From the NCBI GenBank assembly GCA_018712385.1, contig DVHC01000062.1, positions 5,624 through 69,623 of the forward strand: a DNA stretch of 64,000 nucleotides, written 5' to 3'. Source of the stretch: Candidatus Onthousia excrementipullorum (GTDB lineage Bacteria; Bacillota_I; Bacilli_A; RF39; UBA660). Under the pieces are notes generated by a model. That model worked only from the letters and a program-made list of their open reading frames with translations. It searched no databases and was not told the origin of the DNA. Both the position numbers and the translations under genes were made by a program. Positions 59,566-64,000 of the stretch are shown piece by piece; within the stretch, counting starts at the first letter, position 1; each line of letters starts with the position of its first letter.

Positions 59566-62064
59566 TTATTTATTTTTTCCACAACATTGTTTATATTTCT
59601 TACCACTTCCACAAGGACAAGGGTCATTTCTACCTACTTTTTTAACTTTCTTAGGTGTTTTCTTTGTATCTTTAACATCATTAGTCTGCCCGTTTTTAGC
59701 AACTTGTTTTCTTTCAATATTTTGTCTAATTTCTGCTTTTAGTAAGAATACTGTTATATCTCTATCTATTTTTTGAAGCATATCATCAAATAATCCATAA
59801 CCTTCTGTAGTATAAGCTCTTAGAGGGTCATCTTGACCATATTGACGAAGGTAAATTCCTTCTCTTAAATGAGACATAACATTAATTTGTTCCATCCAGT
59901 AATTATCTATAACTTGTAGAGATAAAGCTTTTTCAAACTCATTACTAATTTCTACTGGTACTTCTTTAATCTTAGCTTCATATTCACCTTTAGCTTTTTC
60001 ATAAAGATACTCTATAATATCATCTGCATCTCTATTTTCAAGTTCTACTTTACTTATGTCATTTTTAAGCAAGTTCTCATTAGCAAAGTCAGTGATACTT
60101 TGTAATTCTTCATCTGTTATATGACTATCAGCATTTCTAGATTTAACTAAATCTGTAATATGATTATGAATAGAGTTTAATACTGTTTCATGAATAGATT
60201 CACTATCTAAGATTTCATTACGTTTACCATACATGATTTCTCTTTGAGTATTCATAACATCATCATATTGTAGCAAATGCTTTCTGGCATCAAAGTTATT
60301 TCCTTCTACACGTTTTTGAGCAGTACTTATAGCTTTTGTAAAGGTCTTACTTTGAATAGCTTGGTCTCCAAAGCCAAAGCTCTTCATCATTTCTCTAATA
60401 TGTTCACTACCAAATCTAATCATTAAGTCATCTTCCATAGAGACAAAGAATTGGGTATAACCTGGGTCTCCTTGACGTCCAGAACGACCTCTTAACTGAT
60501 TATCAATACGACGTGATTCATGACGTTCTGTACCTATTACACAAAGACCACCTAATTCTCTTATTTCATCTGATAGTTTGATATCAGTACCACGACCAGC
60601 CATGTTTGTTGCGATGGTAACAGAACGATGTTCACCAATCTTAGAGATAATTTCAGCTTCACGAGCATGGTTTTTAGCATTTAATATTTCATGAGGTATA
60701 TGAGCTTTCTTTAATAAGTCACTTATTAATTCACTTGTTTCAATAGCGATAGTACCAATTAAGACAGGTTGTCCTTTATCATAACGAGATTTTACCTCAT
60801 TTATAATTGCTTTATATTTAGCACTACGTGTTGCAAAAACTAAATCTGGAGCATCTACTCTTATAACAGGTTTATTAGTAGGTATTTCAATAACATACAT
60901 ATTATAAATATCTCTAAACTCTTCTTCTTCTGTTTTAGCAGTACCAGTCATACCTGCTAGTTTATTATACATTCTGAATAAGTTTTGGAAAGTGATAGTA
61001 GCAAGTGTTTTAGTTTCTTGATTAATATGAACTCCTTCTTTTGCTTCTATTGCTTGATGAAGTCCATCACTATAAGCTCTTCCTTTCATTAAACGTCCCG
61101 TAAATTGGTCTACTATTACGATTTCATCATCTTGAACAACGTAGTCTACATCTTTTTTCATAGCATAGTTAGCACGTAAAGCTTGATTAATATAATGTAG
61201 TAAAGTGGCATTTTCTATTTCATATAGATTTTTAATCTTAAACATTTTCTCTGCTTTTTCACTACCGGCATCTGTTAAGGAAACACTAATTGTACTTTTA
61301 CCTGTTTCATCACAGATATAATCTTCTTCCTCTTTTAAAGACTTTGCAAATTTATCGGCATCTATATATAGGTTGGCACTATGTTGAGCTCCTCCTGATA
61401 TGATTAATGGAGTTCTTGCTTCATCGATTAGAATAGAGTCAACCTCATCGACAATAGCAAAATTTAGAGGACGTTGTACTCTATTTTCTTTTCTAATTAC
61501 CATGTTATCTCTTAAGTAATCAAAACCAATTTCATTATTAGTAGAGTATAGAATATCACAGTTATAAGCTTCTTGTTTTTCTTTTGGAGACATATCTCTT
61601 GTATTAACACCTACAGTTAAACCAAGAAAACGATGTATTCCTCCCATCCATTCAGCGTCACGAGTTGCAAGATATTCATTAACTGTAATAATATGAACTC
61701 CTTTGCCTTCTAAGGCATTAAGATAAGCAGGTAATACACAAGTTAAGGTTTTACCTTCACCTGTTTTCATCTCGGCAATATTACCATAATGAATTGCTAA
61801 GGCACCTAATACTTGAACATAGAAAGGTTTCTCTCCTATTACACGATATGCTGCTTCTCTTGCAACAGCGAAAGCTTCAACTAAAATGTCTTCTAAAGTT
61901 TCTCCATTAGATAGTCTTTCTTTAAATTCTTCTGTTTTATGTTTTAATTCGTCATCAGATAGTTTAGTCATCTCTTCATCAAGAGCGACAATTTTATCTG
62001 CTTGTGCTGTAAACTTTTTTAATTCTTTATATTCATGATCAAATAGTTTTCTAAATAATCCCAT
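59566..62064 (-). CDS. secA: preprotein translocase ATPase SecA
   Basis: Full-length SecA including the C-terminal zinc finger CPCGSGKKYKQCCG. Start refined to MGLFRKLFD at 62064, with AAGGAG 9 nt upstream. Confidence 0.95.
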   Translation of the reverse strand: MGLFRKLFDHEYKELKKFTAQADKIVALDEEMTKLSDDELKHKTEEFKERLSNGETLEDILVEAFAVAREAAYRVIGEKPFYVQVLGALAIHYGNIAEMKTGEGKTLTCVLPAYLNALEGKGVHIITVNEYLATRDAEWMGGIHRFLGLTVGVNTRDMSPKEKQEAYNCDILYSTNNEIGFDYLRDNMVIRKENRVQRPLNFAIVDEVDSILIDEARTPLIISGGAQHSANLYIDADKFAKSLKEEEDYICDETGKSTISVSLTDAGSEKAEKMFKIKNLYEIENATLLHYINQALRANYAMKKDVDYVVQDDEIVIVDQFTGRLMKGRAYSDGLHQAIEAKEGVHINQETKTLATITFQNLFRMYNKLAGMTGTAKTEEEEFRDIYNMYVIEIPTNKPVIRVDAPDLVFATRSAKYKAIINEVKSRYDKGQPVLIGTIAIETSELISDLLKKAHIPHEILNAKNHAREAEIISKIGEHRSVTIATNMAGRGTDIKLSDEIRELGGLCVIGTERHESRRIDNQLRGRSGRQGDPGYTQFFVSMEDDLMIRFGSEHIREMMKSFGFGDQAIQSKTFTKAISTAQKRVEGNNFDARKHLLQYDDVMNTQREIMYGKRNEILDSESIHETVLNSIHNHITDLVKSRNADSHITDEELQSITDFANENLLKNDISKVELENRDADDIIEYLYEKAKGEYEAKIKEVPVEISNEFEKALSLQVIDNYWMEQINVMSHLREGIYLRQYGQDDPLRAYTTEGYGLFDDMLQKIDRDITVFLLKAEIRQNIERKQVAKNGQTNDVKDTKKTPKKVKKVGRNDPCPCGSGKKYKQCCGKNK

Positions 62065-62137
62065 TATAAACATCTCCTTGCATAATGTATTTTATCAGAA
62101 AATTAAGATAATAAAAAGGTTTTAGGGGTATTTTGTC

Positions 62138-62167
62138 AAAAAAAGAATGATATTTTTCATATCATCC
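62138..62167 (-). terminator. intrinsic terminator after hpf
   Basis: Minus strand GGAUGAUAUgaaaaAUAUCAUUC followed by U7. Its U-run overlaps a TTGACA that may be the secA -35. Confidence 0.65.
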
Positions 62168-62180
62168 TCATTTTTTATCT

Positions 62181-62708
62181 TTACTCGGCTTCTATTATAC
62201 CGTAGCCACCATTTTTTCTTTTATATACCACTGCTTCTTTATCAGTGTCAACGTTTTTAAATAAATAAAATTCATGACCTAGTAATTCTAATTGAAGAAT
62301 AGCTTCTTCTTCATCCATTGGTTTTACTTCTATTTTCTTGTGTTTAATAGTATTGTTTTCTTCATGCTCTTCTTCTTCAATATCTACAATACTAAAGTCA
62401 ATTCTAGTTTTAGCTTCTTTTGCTTTAATCTTAGTTTTGTTCTTTCTTATTTGACGCTCTATAACATCTATAGCTTTATCAACAGATGCATAGAAGTCAT
62501 CTTGAGTCTCTTCAGACCTAATAATAAAATTGTGAAGTGGAATAGTAATTTCGACAGTTTGCATGTGTCCTTTAACTTTTACTACTACGTTAGCACGTAC
62601 ACTATCACTATTTTCTAGATATTTCTCTAGTCTTTTCAATTTCTCATTAATGTAGTCTTTCATAGCAGCAGTTACTTCAATTTTGTCACCACGAATAATT
62701 ATTTCCAT
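62181..62708 (-). CDS. hpf: ribosome hibernation-promoting factor (long HPF/YvyD type)
   Basis: MEIIIRGDKIEVTAAMKDYINEKLKRLEKY. The C-terminal dimerisation domain is present. Start at 62708, with AAGGAAGG upstream. Confidence 0.88.
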   Translation of the reverse strand: MEIIIRGDKIEVTAAMKDYINEKLKRLEKYLENSDSVRANVVVKVKGHMQTVEITIPLHNFIIRSEETQDDFYASVDKAIDVIERQIRKNKTKIKAKEAKTRIDFSIVDIEEEEHEENNTIKHKKIEVKPMDEEEAILQLELLGHEFYLFKNVDTDKEAVVYKRKNGGYGIIEAE

Positions 62709-62758
62709 ATTATCACCTTCCTTAATATTAATATACCATAAAAGGAGCAAAAAACCAA

Positions 62759-62977
62759 CTATTTTGCTAAAGCTGGTTCTTTTATTGGTGTAACATCGAC
62801 TGCTTGATATCCCTTGCTAGTTTCAAGTAATGTAAATTCTACATATTGACCTTCAGACAAAGTTTTATAACCGTCACAATTAATAGTTGAATAATGAACG
62901 AAAATATCTTCGTTTTCTTTGTACTCGATAAATCCGTAGCCTTTTTCATTATTAAACCACTTTACTTTTCCAATCAC
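62759..62977 (-). CDS. csp: cold-shock protein (CspA family), GTG start
   Basis: IGKVKWFNNEKGYGFI...DIFVHYS shows the RNP1/RNP2 motifs. GGAGGTGA lies 5 nt upstream of the GTG at 62977. Confidence 0.88.
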   Translation of the reverse strand: MIGKVKWFNNEKGYGFIEYKENEDIFVHYSTINCDGYKTLSEGQYVEFTLLETSKGYQAVDVTPIKEPALAK

Positions 62978-63052
62978 TAGGCTCACCTCCACATCTTTCT
63001 ATTCCTTCTTAGATGGCTACTTCTTTTTCAAACGATGTGAGTCCATTATAGC

Positions 63053-63098
63053 AACTGTTATAAGAATATTTAGAAAATTGCCGTCAATTGTTATTATG
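63053..63098 (+). repeat. imperfect direct repeats AACTGTTATAAG / AATTGTTATTATG (33-nt start-to-start) upstream of agrB, possible LytTR-type regulator site
   Basis: Two copies of A(A/C)TTGTTAT(A/T)A, about 135 nt upstream of agrB. Their core resembles LytTR/AgrA half-sites (xGTTA). Confidence 0.25.
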
Positions 63099-63230
63099 AG
63101 GCCTTAAATTGTATTTTTAATGAAAAAGTATGTCGAAATATCTTTAAAAAGCTCATATTATGTATTTTATGGAAAATTTATATTTTAAAATATTATAGAG
63201 ATATAATGTTTATAGCATAGGAGGAATGGT

Positions 63231-63833
63231 ATGAAAGAAGCATTTTTAAATCATACTATGAACTTTATTGCTAGTAATCAAGAAAACTTAAACGAAGAAG
63301 AAAGAGAAAAATTACAATATGGTTTAGAAGGGTTATATATGACTATAACTAAGCTTGTAGTAATCTTTCTGATAGCTTTTCTTCTGGGATTTATTAAGGA
63401 GTTTATTATTGCATTAATACTTTTTAATATTCTAAGGTTTCCTGGTTTTGGATTCCATGCAAGTAAGTCTATAGTTTGTTTAATAACAAGTACAATTTTA
63501 ATTTTAGGATTACCTTATTTATTTACCAATATTGAGGTTGGTCTTACTATTAAAATAGTTCTATGTATAATTTCAGTTATAACATTTATAATTTGTGCTC
63601 CTGCTGACACCTGGAAGAGACCTTTAACTAATAAGAAAAAAAGAATAATTAGAAAGGTATCTGCTTGTAGTTTAGCAATTATATACAGCGTACTTATTAT
63701 AGTGTTTAATGGTATGGAAATTAGTAATTTATTAATGGCAGCTTTACTTATTGAAACAATATTAATATCTCCTATTATGTATTTAATATTTAAAGAACCA
63801 TATAGAAATTATAAGCGGTTTAAACATGTATAA
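63231..63833 (+). CDS. agrB: accessory gene regulator B (AgrB-type membrane peptidase that processes the AgrD propeptide)
   Basis: 200 aa, polytopic. LRFPGFGFHASKSIVC aligns to S. aureus AgrB IRRHAHGAHAPSSFWC, with the catalytic His and Cys 7 residues apart. The basic KKKRIIRK loop is also conserved. AGGAGGAA precedes the ATG. Confidence 0.85.
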   Translation: MKEAFLNHTMNFIASNQENLNEEEREKLQYGLEGLYMTITKLVVIFLIAFLLGFIKEFIIALILFNILRFPGFGFHASKSIVCLITSTILILGLPYLFTNIEVGLTIKIVLCIISVITFIICAPADTWKRPLTNKKKRIIRKVSACSLAIIYSVLIIVFNGMEISNLLMAALLIETILISPIMYLIFKEPYRNYKRFKHV

Positions 63834-63873
63834 TGTTTAAATAAATAGTAGTAAAGAAAGGAATGAAAAGGGA

Positions 63874-63993
63874 ATGAAAAAAAGAATGGCTAAAGTTCTA
63901 GCAGCTGTTGCTATGTTAGCTACTGCTACTGCAAGTGTTGGATGCGGATGGTGGATGATTGAAGAACCAAAAGCATTAAAAAATATGGATTAA
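63874..63993 (+). CDS. agrD: AgrD-like autoinducing peptide precursor (39 aa), not in the ORF track
   Basis: MKKRMAKVLAAVAMLATATASVGCGWWMIEEPKALKNMD. It has an N-terminal amphipathic helix, a single Cys 5 residues before the conserved acidic EEP(K) recognition motif, and lies 40 nt after agrB. The predicted thiolactone ring is C-G-W-W-M. Confidence 0.7.
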   Translation: MKKRMAKVLAAVAMLATATASVGCGWWMIEEPKALKNMD

Positions 63994-64000
63994 TAATCAT

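Noticed and set aside
62721-62790. Possible terminator between csp and hpf
   Set aside because: It has only a 5-bp stem (aacca/tggtt) around a 16-nt loop, which is too weak. hpf probably has its own promoter or is co-transcribed.
1-64000. CRISPR arrays, tRNA/rRNA genes, IS elements
   Set aside because: No array of regularly spaced direct repeats was seen, and no cloverleaf-compatible tRNA sequence or rRNA-like GC-rich block. No transposase/integrase-like ORFs or terminal inverted repeats were seen. The only degraded mobile-type gene is the RhuM pseudogene.

Overview
This is a 64-kb chromosomal segment from a very AT-rich, low-GC Firmicute. Spo0A is encoded here, so the organism is a spore-former (Clostridia/Erysipelotrichia-like). 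Almost every gene lies on the minus strand in tightly packed, overlap-coupled operons, and several intrinsic terminators sit on or beside stop codons. No rRNA, tRNA or CRISPR genes are visible. The ORF track accepts GTG/TTG starts and often over-extends N-termini, so several starts are refined here from RBS spacing and homolog N-termini.

Core content, all on the minus strand:
- S10-spc ribosomal-protein cluster: rpsJ-rplC-rplD-rplW-rplB-rpsS-rplV-rpsC-rplP-rpmC-rpsQ-rplN-rplX-rplE-rpsN(Z)-rpsH-rplF-rplR-rpsE-rplO'. No L30 gene lies between rpsE and rplO.
- A mosaic glycolytic block: gap, pgk, tpiA and gpmI are interleaved with a GT4 glycosyltransferase, spo0A, a co-transcribed NDT-like/class-II Fic pair, an AAA ATPase and several unknowns.
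- secE-nusG-rplK-rplA-rplJ-rplL, then three uncharacterised genes, then ybxB-rpoB-rpoC.
- uvrB, ftsE-ftsX-M23 peptidase, csaA, tandem YitT paralogs, prfB with its +1 frameshift, secA, hpf, csp, coaB, a short ProRS, a LysR regulator and a radical SAM protein.

Most notable loci:
- At the right edge, an agrB gene followed by a previously unlisted 39-aa AgrD-like precursor. It predicts a cyclic autoinducing peptide with ring C-G-W-W-M.
- A five-gene unknown operon (40.8-45.5 kb). A 14-aa leader peptide plus terminator precede it. Its largest protein ends in a RelE/ParE-like domain and is followed by a tiny HTH protein.
- Upstream (9.6-11.4 kb), an operon pairing a Fic-like protein whose catalytic His is replaced by Gln with a PHP phosphoesterase.
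- A frameshifted RhuM pseudogene.
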